DNA of 64,000 nucleotides from Candidatus Buchananbacteria bacterium. GTDB taxonomy: Bacteria; Patescibacteriota; Patescibacteriia; 2-01-FULL-39-33. Positions 48,560 to 58,416 of this stretch are shown here, piece after piece. Each line of letters opens with the position of its first letter. Position 1 is the first letter of the stretch. Position numbers and translations under genes: made by a program. The stretch spans positions 19,796 through 83,795 of the forward strand of contig JBAYJM010000002.1 in the NCBI GenBank assembly GCA_041665065.1. Reading direction: 5' to 3'. The notes under the pieces are model-generated. The model was not told where the DNA came from, did not search any database, and saw only the letters and a program-made list of their open reading frames with translations.

Positions 48560-49079
48560 CTAAATTTTGAATCATCTTGGCAACCTTATATGGATGAGGT
48601 ATTTGCTGGAATATAAACCGTTCTTTTTCGCCGGCAGTCTGGATGTAGACATCGCCATAGCCTAAAAATGTCGCTAACATCCCCTTCTGTTCAACCGTGA
48701 CGTCCTGGACCCTGAGTAGTTCCAATTCAGAAACAACTCTGTTAAAAAGTCCTTTTTGTTCTCGACTAATGATTCTCTCAGTCGTCAATGTCCAAACATC
48801 AAGATACATATCAGTCCACAAACTAAAACTGAAAAGCAACATTGCCATGTAATACATCAAAATAAGCACCAAAAAAAATGGTCCAATAACAGCTCCGCCG
48901 GCGTAGTTTAAAATATTGATCTGATATACAAAATAAAAATAATAAAACCCAACCAGGGGCAAGATAGAAAGTAAAATATAACCGAAAAAAAGCTTAAAGA
49001 AAATAAACCAATGCCGCCTTAAATGAAAGACTATCTTTTCCTCTGGACGTTTATCAGATAAATTATTTTTGCTAATCAT
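48525..49079 (-). CDS. Membrane protein with bacterial PH domain
   Basis: 2 TM; T.ERII...GLF.R...VQDV...GYGDVYIQTAG. Confidence 0.8.
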   Translation of the reverse strand: MISKNNLSDKRPEEKIVFHLRRHWFIFFKLFFGYILLSILPLVGFYYFYFVYQINILNYAGGAVIGPFFLVLILMYYMAMLLFSFSLWTDMYLDVWTLTTERIISREQKGLFNRVVSELELLRVQDVTVEQKGMLATFLGYGDVYIQTAGEKERFIFQQIPHPYKVAKMIQNLDEQIKAKNPTV

Positions 49080-49081
49080 AA

Positions 49082-49342
49082 TTAAAGTATATTTAAGAAA
49101 CCATTTGTCCAGCTATTTTGAAAATTGAAAATCGGAGTCGACCAATCAATTGGCGACAACACACTATAAGCTAGAATTAAAAAAGAAGCGGCTATAATAA
49201 TGTAAACAAGCACGACTAAAATATTTGCAAAGCTCAAAAAGCCGAATCTAAGAAGATGATAAATATTAAAAAGACTATAAACAAAAAATATCAGGACTCC
49301 AGCCAGGAAAATATACAAAAAAATTGAAATTGTTAAGACCAT
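49082..49342 (-). CDS. Small membrane protein
   Basis: 2 TM helices; in the ruvB operon. Confidence 0.7.
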   Translation of the reverse strand: MVLTISIFLYIFLAGVLIFFVYSLFNIYHLLRFGFLSFANILVVLVYIIIAASFLILAYSVLSPIDWSTPIFNFQNSWTNGFLNIL

Positions 49343-49349
49343 TGTTATT

Positions 49350-50381
49350 TTATATTAGTTTTTCCTGCAGATTGGCAGGCAGTGCAACTTTTAAATGCTT
49401 ATAAGCTTGCTCGGAGGCGACTCGACCCCTTGGAGTCCGATTTATAAAACCCATTTGCAATAAAAATGGCTCTATAACGTCCTCAACCGTGTCCATTTCT
49501 TCAGCGATTGTTGAGGCAAGCGTATTTAGGCCGACCGGCCCGCCGTTAAACTTCTCAATCAAGGCCAATAAAAATAATCTGTCAGTGCCGTCCAAGCCAA
49601 GCTCATCAATTTCTAGCATTTTTAAGGCTTCATCCGCAGTCATCTTATCAATTTTACCATCTTTCTTTACCTGAGCAAAATCACGAACGCGTTTTAACAA
49701 ACGATTTGCGATACGAGGCGTCTGTCTTGATCTTCTGGCAATTTCTAATTGCGATTCCAAATCCATTTCAATATTTAAAATTTTAGATGCTCGCCTAAGT
49801 ATTTGTCCGATTTCATCATTATTATAAAAATTAAGGCGATAGACATTTCCAAATCTGTCTCGAAGCGGCGAAGACAGTCCGCTAACCTTAGTAGTGGCGC
49901 CAACGAGAGTAAATTTAGGCAGATCAATTCTAAGCGTCCTGGCTGATGGGCCTTTACCAATCACGATATCCAAGGCATAATCTTCCATGGCCGGATAAAG
50001 AACTTCTTCAATTGATTTATTAAGCCGGTGGATTTCATCAATAAATAAAATGTCACCATCAGAAAGGTTGGTTAAAATGGCTGCAAGGTCGCCCGTTCGT
50101 TCAATGGCTGGACCAGATGTTACTCTGATTTGTCCGCCCATTTCATTAGCAATGATGTGGGCAAGAGTTGTTTTGCCGAGTCCAGGAGGCCCAAAAATCA
50201 AAACATGCTCAAGAGCGTCGCCTCGAGCCTTGGCAGCTTGAATAAATATTTTTAAATTATCTTTGACTGCTGATTGGCCGATGTATTCATCCAAACATTG
50301 CGGCCTCAGTGTGCAATCTAAAATATTATCCGATGAATTTTCTTCAGCGCTTATTAAGCGCTCTGATTCTTCATTTTCCAT
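49350..50381 (-). CDS. ruvB: Holliday junction helicase RuvB
   Basis: [37 protein letters not shown]. Confidence 0.98.
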   Translation of the reverse strand: MENEESERLISAEENSSDNILDCTLRPQCLDEYIGQSAVKDNLKIFIQAAKARGDALEHVLIFGPPGLGKTTLAHIIANEMGGQIRVTSGPAIERTGDLAAILTNLSDGDILFIDEIHRLNKSIEEVLYPAMEDYALDIVIGKGPSARTLRIDLPKFTLVGATTKVSGLSSPLRDRFGNVYRLNFYNNDEIGQILRRASKILNIEMDLESQLEIARRSRQTPRIANRLLKRVRDFAQVKKDGKIDKMTADEALKMLEIDELGLDGTDRLFLLALIEKFNGGPVGLNTLASTIAEEMDTVEDVIEPFLLQMGFINRTPRGRVASEQAYKHLKVALPANLQEKLI

Positions 50382-50454
50382 GGAATAATCTTAGCATTGG
50401 AAAAATTAAAAGGCAAAAAAATCACCTCAGACCGGGGTCCAAGGTGGTATTGAT

Positions 50455-50721
50455 TTAGGACTTGAAAGCGGCAACTACGATTGCCATATCCCTTTCGAAA
50501 TCCCCGGCAGAATCACGGATTTGCCATTTGTCCTCAACAAAAATCAGATGAAAATGGCAGACCCAATCTCGGAACCTAAACCGTACGATCGCGCTTTCAT
50601 CTTTCTGATGCGCGCCAGCCCGCAATAGATCGCTATCGCAACCAAGTGCCGCCGAAAGATAGTTTGTCGTTGAGCGAATCCAATCCCTCAACAGAACCCC
50701 TTTTTCTTCGAAGGTTAACAT
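50455..50721 (-). CDS. Higher-GC orphan hypothetical protein
   Basis: RBS GAGGAG; promoter TTGACA-16-TATAAT at 50881-50908 (minus strand). Confidence 0.55.
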   Translation of the reverse strand: MLTFEEKGVLLRDWIRSTTNYLSAALGCDSDLLRAGAHQKDESAIVRFRFRDWVCHFHLIFVEDKWQIRDSAGDFERDMAIVVAAFKS

Positions 50722-50963
50722 TCGCCAACTCCTCTACGCCTACATCGGCGTCATTTGTTGTGATTTCTCCTGGCCCTCCCCCCAGCTTCAAAAACAACCG
50801 TTGCCGGAAACCTCCTCATAGAGATCGATTTGAGTCATTCTTGGAGTCGTGTGACCAGAATTAGCCACAATGACGCCTCTATTATATAAATTTAAATATT
50901 TTTGTCAATGTCTAAAATTATCATAATTGCCAAAATACATCAAAAATACTATACTTAACTATT

Positions 50964-51998
50964 ATGGCAAGGATAATTTACGGCGTTTCCGGACAAGGAT
51001 TCGGACACTCAACCAGAAGCAAGGAAATTATTGATTTTCTAATAGATAGCGGCCACGAGGTCCTAATTTTAACCTATGGCCAGGCCTTATTTTTTTTGGA
51101 AAAAGACTACAAGGTGCTAGAAGTGCCGGGAATGGTTTTAAGCTATAAAAATAATAAACTGTCATATTTAAGAACCGGCGGAAGGAATGTCATCCAATTT
51201 ATAAAAAGATCAGCAAAATGGATACCCATACAGAATAAAATAAAAAAATTTAAGCCGGATTTGGCAATAACGGATTTTGAAGCCACCACCTGTCTTTTAG
51301 CCGTCACTCAAAAAATTCCGCTCATATCAATTGACAACCAACATCAGCTCACCCGGACAAAAATAGCGTGCAAAGGCTATCGCAAAGAGCTTGTCGGCAC
51401 GAAACTCATTATAAAATCCATGGTTTGGGGAGCTAAAAAATATTTTATTACCACTTTTTATGAAACACCAATTAGAAAAAGAAATACATTTTTATTTCCT
51501 CCAATTATTCGCCGCGAAGTCTTAAACCTTGAAAGCAAACGTGGCGATTATATTCTTGTATACCAAAATTCATCCTTTAACGACAATTTAGAAATATTTA
51601 AAAAATCAAAGGAAAAATTCGTAATTTTTGGCCTTGATAAGGAAGGCAAAGAGGATAATTTAGAATTTAAAAACTATAGCTCCCATGAATTTTTAAACTA
51701 TTTGGCGGGTTGTAAGGCGGTTATAGCAACGGCAGGACTGAGCCTCATAACTGAAAGCCTGCATTTAAAAAAGCCCTATCTAGCGATGCCCGTAAAAAAA
51801 CAGGTGGAACAAATATTAAACTCGCAGTATCTTGAAAAAATGGGCTATGGCATATCTACTTATGACCTAACGATGGAAGACTTAAGCGAATTTTTATCTA
51901 ACCTAAAAAACTTTGAGAATAATTTGGAAAATTATCCCTTCAAAGACAATTCAGCCATATTTAAAAAACTGGAAGAATCAATTAATAATTGGACGTAG
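50964..51998 (+). CDS. GT-B glycosyltransferase (MJ1255/VC2487-like)
   Basis: GQGFGHSTR, TDFE, AG.SLITE, EQILN. Confidence 0.88.
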   Translation: MARIIYGVSGQGFGHSTRSKEIIDFLIDSGHEVLILTYGQALFFLEKDYKVLEVPGMVLSYKNNKLSYLRTGGRNVIQFIKRSAKWIPIQNKIKKFKPDLAITDFEATTCLLAVTQKIPLISIDNQHQLTRTKIACKGYRKELVGTKLIIKSMVWGAKKYFITTFYETPIRKRNTFLFPPIIRREVLNLESKRGDYILVYQNSSFNDNLEIFKKSKEKFVIFGLDKEGKEDNLEFKNYSSHEFLNYLAGCKAVIATAGLSLITESLHLKKPYLAMPVKKQVEQILNSQYLEKMGYGISTYDLTMEDLSEFLSNLKNFENNLENYPFKDNSAIFKKLEESINNWT

Positions 51999-52087
51999 AT
52001 TGAAATATTTTAGTGGGCATTACACTTTACAAATGGTGAAAATCTGTTATAATGCTTAAGTATCATATTAATTGAGCAAATATATAA

Positions 52088-52159
52088 GCGGGTATAATAC
52101 AATGGTTAGTATACGTCCTTGCCAAGGATGAGATACGGGTTCGATTCCCGTTACCCGCT
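52088..52159 (+). tRNA. tRNA-Gly(GCC)
   Basis: GCGGGTA...GTCC-TT-GCC-AA-GGAT...GGTTCGATTCCCGT-TACCCGC-T. Confidence 0.95.
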
Positions 52160-52354
52160 CAGGCAAAGTTATTTGGACAACAGTATTTTCGAATTTTTAA
52201 ATCAAAAAGCGGTAAAAGTTAGGGAATCGAACGGGTGGCTAGCTTAGCAAGGAGCGATAGCGACGTAGCGAAGCTACAGCCGATCCGAGCTGGCGCAGGA
52301 TTGGCGTCCACCCAGGACAGAGCGTTAGCGTCGGAATTCCCGTTACCCGCTCCA
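52144..52354 (+). mobile_element. ~175-bp insert bounded by a 17-bp direct repeat of the tRNA-Gly 3' end
   Basis: ATTCCCGTTACCCGCTC at 52144-52160 and 52336-52352 (second copy ends in CCA); internal GGGAATCGAAC is complementary to the T-arm. Confidence 0.7.
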
Positions 52355-52365
52355 ATCTCAGGTTG

Positions 52366-52451
52366 GCCCAAGTGGTGAAATGGTATACACGAAGGACTTA
52401 AAATCCTTTGGCAGAAATGCCGTGTGGGTTCGAGTCCCACCTTGGGCACCA
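52366..52451 (+). tRNA. tRNA-Leu(TAA)
   Basis: AAGGA-CT-TAA-AA-TCCTT, long variable arm, ACCA end. Confidence 0.97.
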
Positions 52452-52568
52452 AATTTAACTTTACGGGGAAAACCCGTATTTTTAGTTTAAATGTTGACTT
52501 TTACTTGAAAATAGGTTATTATTTGAAAGTTGAATAAAGCCAAATTTTTTAGTAATATTAAATTTAAT

Positions 52569-52931
52569 ATGAGCAAAGAAGAAAAAAAACCTCAATCTAA
52601 GGACTGGCGAAGCGAAGTTCTTGCAAAGATCAAAGCCGGAACAACCGTTAAAATCCATTCAAAAATTATTGAGAAAAATACAAAAGGCGAAGAAAAACAA
52701 AGAATTCAAATTTTTGAAGGAATTGTATTGTCCAGAAAAAGTGGCAATGAAAAAGGAGCTACAATCACAGTTCGAAAAATCGCAAGCGGCGGAATTGGCG
52801 TTGAAAGAATTTTTCCTATTTATTCCCCGTCAATCACCAAAATTGATTTGACCAAACAGGCCAAAGTCAGGCAGGCTAAGCTTTATTACTTAAGAGACTA
52901 TAATAAGAAGCTTAAGGAAAAGCAGCTTTAA
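52569..52931 (+). CDS. rplS: 50S ribosomal protein L19
   Basis: RIQIFEGIV, TVRKIA.GIGVERIFP, VRQAKLYYLR. Confidence 0.97.
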   Translation: MSKEEKKPQSKDWRSEVLAKIKAGTTVKIHSKIIEKNTKGEEKQRIQIFEGIVLSRKSGNEKGATITVRKIASGGIGVERIFPIYSPSITKIDLTKQAKVRQAKLYYLRDYNKKLKEKQL

Positions 52932-52973
52932 TTTTTAGTCCGCCATTCTTGGCGGACTATTATGTCCAGACTT

Positions 52974-53057
52974 GCGGACGTGGCGGAATTGGTATACGCG
53001 CAGCCTTGAGGTGGCTGTGGCCGCAAGGCCTTGGAGGTTCAAGTCCTCTCGTCCGCA
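52974..53057 (+). tRNA. tRNA-Leu(GAG)
   Basis: CAGCC-TT-GAG-GT-GGCTG, variable arm, TTCAAGT. Confidence 0.95.
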
Positions 53058-53070
53058 TAGAGAGGTTTAA

Positions 53071-53144
53071 GCACGCCTAGCTCAGTTGGTTAGAGCACCT
53101 CGTTTACACCGAGGGGGTCAGGGGTTCGAATCCCTTGGCGTGCA
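53071..53144 (+). tRNA. tRNA-Val(TAC), canonical
   Basis: CCTCG-TT-TAC-AC-CGAGG, GG in D-loop, TTCGAAT. Confidence 0.96.
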
Positions 53145-53208
53145 CATTCTGGTTTATACCACGCGTTCATTAAAATGATTTTGTTTTTATGTTATAATTA
53201 AACCAGAA

Positions 53209-54048
53209 ATGAATTTAAATAACATGAAAAAAAATTTATATATATTGATTTCAGTTTTTGTCATTTTAATACCTCTAATAATTCCTAAATATAATCTCGC
53301 CTTTGATATTTCTTCTCTTTTAACTATTGTTACATTGATTTTTGGCTTATTGATTGGTTTTTTTATCGCAGGGGCCTTAACCAATCATATTAATTTGAAT
53401 TCTCAATTGGCTAATGGCAATGCAACCTTAACCATTGTATATAATTTAACAAAATTGATTAATAAAAAGGAATCTAAAAAGTTAAGCTCGGCAATAGATA
53501 CTTATTTAATTGAAACACTGAACAATTCACTCATATATCATAACAAAAATACTGACGACGAATTTTATAAGATTATTAATCTTATTGACAATATAAAATC
53601 GCCAAATAATGCTCCATCAGTATCAATTTATCAAAATCTTCATAGCGCGAAAGCTGATCTTTTCAGAATTAGGCAAAACATAATACAAATCGCCCCAAAA
53701 ACAATGTCTAGACTACATTGGCTTGTAATAGCCCTTTTAGCCATAGCTATGCTAATTCTAACTTTTGCATTAAGAGATGGTTCTATAACACTTTATCTAA
53801 TTTCTAGCATAATATCGGCATGCGTATATTGGCTTTTATTAATTCTTCATCACGTTGATAATAATAAATTTCTTGAAAATCAACTTGCCTATGAAGATGT
53901 ACAAAATGTATTTAAATCAATTGGACAATTAAGATATTATCCTGAATTATCTTTTAAACAAGGCATGGCAAATATTCCTAAAGAAGACTACCGAATTGGT
54001 ATTACAAATAAAACAGAGACGAAAATTAAAACCATAAGATTAACTTAA
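53209..54048 (+). CDS. 4-TM membrane protein (DUF4239/bestrophin-like topology)
   Basis: Two TM pairs separated by a helical soluble domain. Confidence 0.6.
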   Translation: MNLNNMKKNLYILISVFVILIPLIIPKYNLAFDISSLLTIVTLIFGLLIGFFIAGALTNHINLNSQLANGNATLTIVYNLTKLINKKESKKLSSAIDTYLIETLNNSLIYHNKNTDDEFYKIINLIDNIKSPNNAPSVSIYQNLHSAKADLFRIRQNIIQIAPKTMSRLHWLVIALLAIAMLILTFALRDGSITLYLISSIISACVYWLLLILHHVDNNKFLENQLAYEDVQNVFKSIGQLRYYPELSFKQGMANIPKEDYRIGITNKTETKIKTIRLT

Positions 54049-54056
54049 AAAACTTA

Positions 54057-54302
54057 ATGCTTGTCCAAATCATAATCGGATTAATTTGCCTTGTAGTCGG
54101 CTTTTTCTTTGTTTGGAAGCCAGAAAAAATGGTTGAATTTATCGGCGAACAGCAATGGGCTGAAAAATTCTTTGGCTACGGTCGAAGCTCGACAGGCTAT
54201 CAAGTAATCGGCATTGTAATAATATTTGTAGGCTTTGTGATTATGACTGGCCTAGGCGGAGGCATGCTAAGATTTTTCTTTGGTCCGGCGATAAGAAAAT
54301 AA
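54057..54302 (+). CDS. Small membrane protein
   Basis: 2 TM; WAEKFFG.G. Confidence 0.7.
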   Translation: MLVQIIIGLICLVVGFFFVWKPEKMVEFIGEQQWAEKFFGYGRSSTGYQVIGIVIIFVGFVIMTGLGGGMLRFFFGPAIRK

Positions 54303-54309
54303 TACTTAA

Positions 54310-54383
54310 GGGCCCTTAGTTCAGCTGGTTAGAATGCCTGCTTTGCAAGCAGGAGGTCATCGGTTCGAATCCGATAGGGTCCA
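54310..54383 (+). tRNA. tRNA-Ala(TGC), canonical G3.U70
   Basis: GGGCCCT/AGGGTCC acceptor; CCTGC-TT-TGC-AA-GCAGG; followed by CAA. Confidence 0.96.
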
Positions 54384-54478
54384 CAAAATAAGAGGTGCGA
54401 AGGACGACTATATCTTTGTAAGATGCCGAGCATACGCGAAGCGCCACCAAATTCGCAATAAATTATTCCCATCTATAT

Positions 54479-54925
54479 ATGGAAGTTATAGAATTCCGCT
54501 CAAAAATTAAGCCAAACATGAAATTGTATGCCGATGGTCGGGATTTTTTAGTAAAAGAAGTTGTTAAATTTAGGCTTGATGATGGTAGTTTCTATATCAA
54601 GTGCTTTTTGAATGATAACTATGTTTTCGCCGATGACTTGAATGAGAATACGTTTCTCTTGGTAGAAGAAACGAAAACACCGTTTCAGCAGCCATTCCCA
54701 CAAGAATTGGATTTTGAGGGCAAAAAGTTCGAGTTTCTTTATACCGCTCATGCTGTTGCCGAGGAGGTACAGGGCGAGGAGATTTTTAAAAAAGGAGACA
54801 GCGAAAAGTTTTGGGATTATAAAACAGACGACAATGGCTATCTAAGTCTAGGTATAAACGATAATACGGGTGAAAAATTAGATTTTTATGGCAAGATTGT
54901 CAGAAACAACACGGTTAAACTTTAG
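54479..54925 (+). CDS. Hypothetical protein (DUF4178-like)
   Basis: 148-aa acidic beta-rich ORF; 'FWDY...YLSL' pattern. Confidence 0.55.
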   Translation: MEVIEFRSKIKPNMKLYADGRDFLVKEVVKFRLDDGSFYIKCFLNDNYVFADDLNENTFLLVEETKTPFQQPFPQELDFEGKKFEFLYTAHAVAEEVQGEEIFKKGDSEKFWDYKTDDNGYLSLGINDNTGEKLDFYGKIVRNNTVKL

Positions 54926-55042
54926 TAATTCGGCAACGACCTGGTTCCAGCTCACTCTGATATAGCCACCAGTTTAAAAAACAATCCGCGGTGACGGATT
55001 GTTTTTGTTTTAGTGAAATGTTAATATTAAATTAAATAATTT

Positions 55043-55789
55043 ATGAATTTAAAAAATAAAAAAATTCTAGTAACAGGAGCTTCAAGCGGCATAGGCCAGG
55101 CCATTGCGGTTTCTTGCGCTCAAAAAGGTGCTCATATCATCATTAACTATCGTAAAAATATCAAAGGAGCTCAACAAACACTTAAAAAAATTGAAAACCA
55201 TTCAAAGGGCTTTATCTTTCAAGCCGACCTTACAAATGAAAAAGAAATCAAAAAAATGTTTGCCAATATCTCTAGCAAAGTCGGTGGAATAGACATTCTA
55301 ATAAATAATGCCGGCGATGCGCAACCTGGAAATTTCTTCAATGATAGCAGGTGGAGAGATCAATTTGAAAATATTTTCTTTTCTGCGCTTCACGTCTCTC
55401 AAAATTTTATTAAACAGAATGCAAAAGCACCACTAAGAAAGATTCTAAATATTACATCATATTATGGAAATATAAACGGTGGCAACTCTGAATTTTTTGC
55501 ATATTCAACTGCCAAAGCCGCACTGACAAGCATGACAGTTACGCTTGCAAAAACCTACAAGAACTTATTAGTTAATGCCATCGCCCCCGGTTATACCTGG
55601 ACTCCACCCTGGGAAGATATATCCGATAAAGAAAAAAAGATATGCGAATCGCGAACAACAATAAATCGATTTATAGACGCTAATGAAATTGCTCACATGA
55701 CCATAGCGATTTTAGAAAATGATGCCATCACGGGACAAATTATCACTGTTGATGGAGGACTTTCTCTGCAAAAACTTGAAAGAAAATAA
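55043..55789 (+). CDS. SDR-family oxidoreductase
   Basis: TGASSGIG, NNAG, YSTAK, ITGQ..VDGG. Confidence 0.95.
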   Translation: MNLKNKKILVTGASSGIGQAIAVSCAQKGAHIIINYRKNIKGAQQTLKKIENHSKGFIFQADLTNEKEIKKMFANISSKVGGIDILINNAGDAQPGNFFNDSRWRDQFENIFFSALHVSQNFIKQNAKAPLRKILNITSYYGNINGGNSEFFAYSTAKAALTSMTVTLAKTYKNLLVNAIAPGYTWTPPWEDISDKEKKICESRTTINRFIDANEIAHMTIAILENDAITGQIITVDGGLSLQKLERK

Positions 55790-55953
55790 AAGACCATCAG
55801 AAATTTAAACTAATTTAAGTATTTCAGGTATTATCACCTTAATAGGTGATTTTTTTGTTTGACTGATTAATTAATTTTTAATTAGGTTTTGCTATCATGA
55901 TAAGCTGTGTGAAATGGTGGATCAAACAACTAAACTTCGGGGAGAAGTAAATA

Positions 55954-56322
55954 ATGACTACCATAGCGCGGGTAGGAGTCGACCAAGCTCTTTTTCAAGA
56001 TTTCACTGGGGGCCAGCTCTTGATTCAGAACATTGAAGATAAAAGGCAATATCAGGGGGAACTTAAGGAATTATTATTTGATCGGACAAGAAAAGAATTA
56101 AGAGTCGCATTCCTTTGGGCAGTCGCTGCTCATATGAATCAGCCAAGTGGCTGGAAAAATGTAACTCCGAAAGAAAGGACCTGGGATCTCAGTGCCGCTC
56201 TTGCCATAGCCTATGAAGGCCACAAGATACTAATTGATCCAGTACACTCAAAAGAGCTGCTAATACTACTTCCCAAGGAACATCCCAGCTGCATAACATT
56301 GGAGTCCAAAAGGTCACCATGA
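55954..56322 (+). CDS. Orphan hypothetical protein
   Basis: RBS GGGGAG; higher GC than flanks. Confidence 0.6.
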   Translation: MTTIARVGVDQALFQDFTGGQLLIQNIEDKRQYQGELKELLFDRTRKELRVAFLWAVAAHMNQPSGWKNVTPKERTWDLSAALAIAYEGHKILIDPVHSKELLILLPKEHPSCITLESKRSP

Positions 56323-56468
56323 ATCCTAGCCACACAACACGCAGTTTTGTACAGCGCAAATCGTGTCTTATGCTTTAACCCAACTCGTATGCGCCTATGC
56401 GAGTTGGACATTTTTCCAAATGCCTTTCAAATATGTCATTTTTCTGTTATAATTTTTAAATTAAAATT

Positions 56469-56867
56469 ATGGCAAATATTATGGCTGGCAAAAAAACAAA
56501 TTTAGATCAAAAAAATAAAAAAATGTGTGACGGCTGCAGCGATTGTTGCAGATATGTCGCATTAGAAATAGACAAACCCAAAACAAATGGTGATTGCCAG
56601 GATTATTTTTGGCATTTACATCATAAAAATATCGGGATTTATATTGGCTGGGATAATAAATGGTATTTGGAGTTTAAAACTCCCTGCCGGCAGTTAGACT
56701 CAAAAGGATTATGTAAAATTTATGACGATAGACCTAGAATGTGCAAACAATATAAACAGAAAGACTGTACAAAATATATTAAAGCTCCTGCAGAAAAAAT
56801 TTATTTTAACACTGCCGATGAATTAAATAACTATTTTAAAAATAAAAAAAATAAATCTAAAAAATAA
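56469..56867 (+). CDS. YkgJ-family Cys-cluster protein
   Basis: CDGCSDCC...C..L...GLCKIYDDRPRMC. Confidence 0.9.
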   Translation: MANIMAGKKTNLDQKNKKMCDGCSDCCRYVALEIDKPKTNGDCQDYFWHLHHKNIGIYIGWDNKWYLEFKTPCRQLDSKGLCKIYDDRPRMCKQYKQKDCTKYIKAPAEKIYFNTADELNNYFKNKKNKSKK

Positions 56868-56985
56868 TTATTTAATTGTGGATAACTATTGTTGACGTTA
56901 TTTTTTTATGCTATAATAAAAATAACTTTAAAATATTTTTCAAAAAATATTTTAAATAAAAATAATAGAAAGGAAGGTGATAACA

Positions 56986-57069
56986 ATGGCAGCAAAGAAA
57001 AAAGCAGCAAAGAAAAAAGTTGTTAAAAAAGCAGCTAAAAAGAAAACAGCTAAAAAGAAAAAGAAATAA
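56986..57069 (+). CDS. 27-aa Lys/Ala-rich histone-H1-like micro-protein
   Basis: MAAKKKAAKKKVVKKAAKKKTAKKKKK*; RBS AGGAAGGTGA, TGnTATAAT promoter, terminator hairpin 57084-57144. Confidence 0.75.
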   Translation: MAAKKKAAKKKVVKKAAKKKTAKKKKK

Positions 57070-57171
57070 AAGTTTTCTCAAGTAAAAATCCCTCCAATGC
57101 GTGTTTCGAATCAATGATTCGGAATATACATCGGGGGGATTTTTGTTTCTGGCAATATTTTATAAAACTCC

Positions 57172-58416
57172 TTAAAATAAAGGCTTTTGCTGAGCTTTCT
57201 TGCTGTTTGTTATAATTTTTACAGTGCCATAAACGCCGTCATAACCCGGATTTATTAAGACATTGCCATTCCTTACATTTAAGATGGCGTTTACAACCTC
57301 TTTATCAAAAATCTTAAACAATTCTTTTTCGTCTAAATCAATTAAAATTTCAAACTCTGAATATTTCTTTACTGCATCAAAATAAATGGCCAAGACTTTT
57401 TTTGAATTTTTTCCCACAGAAACCGCTTCGGAAATTATTTCTTGAAGCGGAATTAAATTTTTGTACGGAATTTTTATTTTTTCCGGAATTATTTTACGAT
57501 CACAAAGATCATTTATCCTGTGAAGTACGCCCAATGTAAGCGGCTTCAAACAAACCGGGCAAATATTTTTATTTTTTTCACTTTCCTCGGGATTTGCAAA
57601 ATATTTACAACTTGCATGGCCATCAACATGATATCTTCCTTCCTCAGGAAAAAATTCTATCGTGTACAAAAAATTATTTTTATCTTTTTCCTTTATAATC
57701 CGATAAATTTCATCATAACTTAATTTTTCTGGCGAAATATCAAAAACATTTGCTTCCCTTCCTAAATTATTTAATGAATGGGCATCGGAATTGGACAGCA
57801 AGGTAATATCATCCAACATTGAAACCCTCCAATTCATAATGGGGTCGGATGAAATGCCGGTTTCAACCGCATAAATATACGGCGTAATGTCTTCAAAGCA
57901 CTCCTCTAGGGAATCAAAGCCTGATTTTGAACCGAATACAGCAAACCACGGCGTCCAAATATGCGCCGGAATAACCAAGCTCCTTGGCTCTATTTCTAAA
58001 ACTAATCTCGCGAGTTCTTTGGCAGAAAAACCGATTATCGGCCTGCCGTCAGCCTTTAAATTAAAGCCTCTTTTTTGGAAATTATCAATAATTTTTTCAA
58101 CTGAATTAATTGTGGGCATCAAAATACAAACATGCACTCTTCTAACTTTTCCGCCCTGCTTGTAAATACAGCTTATTTCCGTAGAAAGTATAAATCTGGT
58201 GGGAACATCTGAATTTTTTAGTTTATATAGCCCCGGCTCCGATTCTTCAAGTTGATTTTTTATATCATTAAACCAGGCAGGATGAGTAAAATCAGATGTG
58301 CCAATAATACTTATGCCCTTGTATTGGCACCATAAACCGATATTTTCCAAAGTCAACTGCTTGGAGCAAGCCCTTGAATATTTAGAATGGAGATGCAAAT
58401 CAGCTACTATGCGCAT
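57172..58416 (-). CDS. Endonuclease Q family (PHP-domain) protein
   Basis: DLHLHSKYSRA, DFTHP, PAHIWTPW, SNSDAHS, Zn ribbon CPVC, PGYDGVYG. Confidence 0.9.
   Translation of the reverse strand: MRIVADLHLHSKYSRACSKQLTLENIGLWCQYKGISIIGTSDFTHPAWFNDIKNQLEESEPGLYKLKNSDVPTRFILSTEISCIYKQGGKVRRVHVCILMPTINSVEKIIDNFQKRGFNLKADGRPIIGFSAKELARLVLEIEPRSLVIPAHIWTPWFAVFGSKSGFDSLEECFEDITPYIYAVETGISSDPIMNWRVSMLDDITLLSNSDAHSLNNLGREANVFDISPEKLSYDEIYRIIKEKDKNNFLYTIEFFPEEGRYHVDGHASCKYFANPEESEKNKNICPVCLKPLTLGVLHRINDLCDRKIIPEKIKIPYKNLIPLQEIISEAVSVGKNSKKVLAIYFDAVKKYSEFEILIDLDEKELFKIFDKEVVNAILNVRNGNVLINPGYDGVYGTVKIITNSKKAQQKPLF

Noticed and set aside
52219-52452. 77-aa minus-strand ORF
   Set aside because: It is the antisense of tRNA-Leu(TAA) and the tRNA-Gly insert.
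54384-54975. GCCACCA repeated on both sides of the 54479 gene as possible att sites
   Set aside because: Only 7 bp and it does not match the tRNA-Ala 3' end; could be chance.
56911-57114. 67-aa Phe/Cys-rich minus-strand ORF
   Set aside because: It is the antisense shadow of the Lys-rich micro-gene, which has the RBS.
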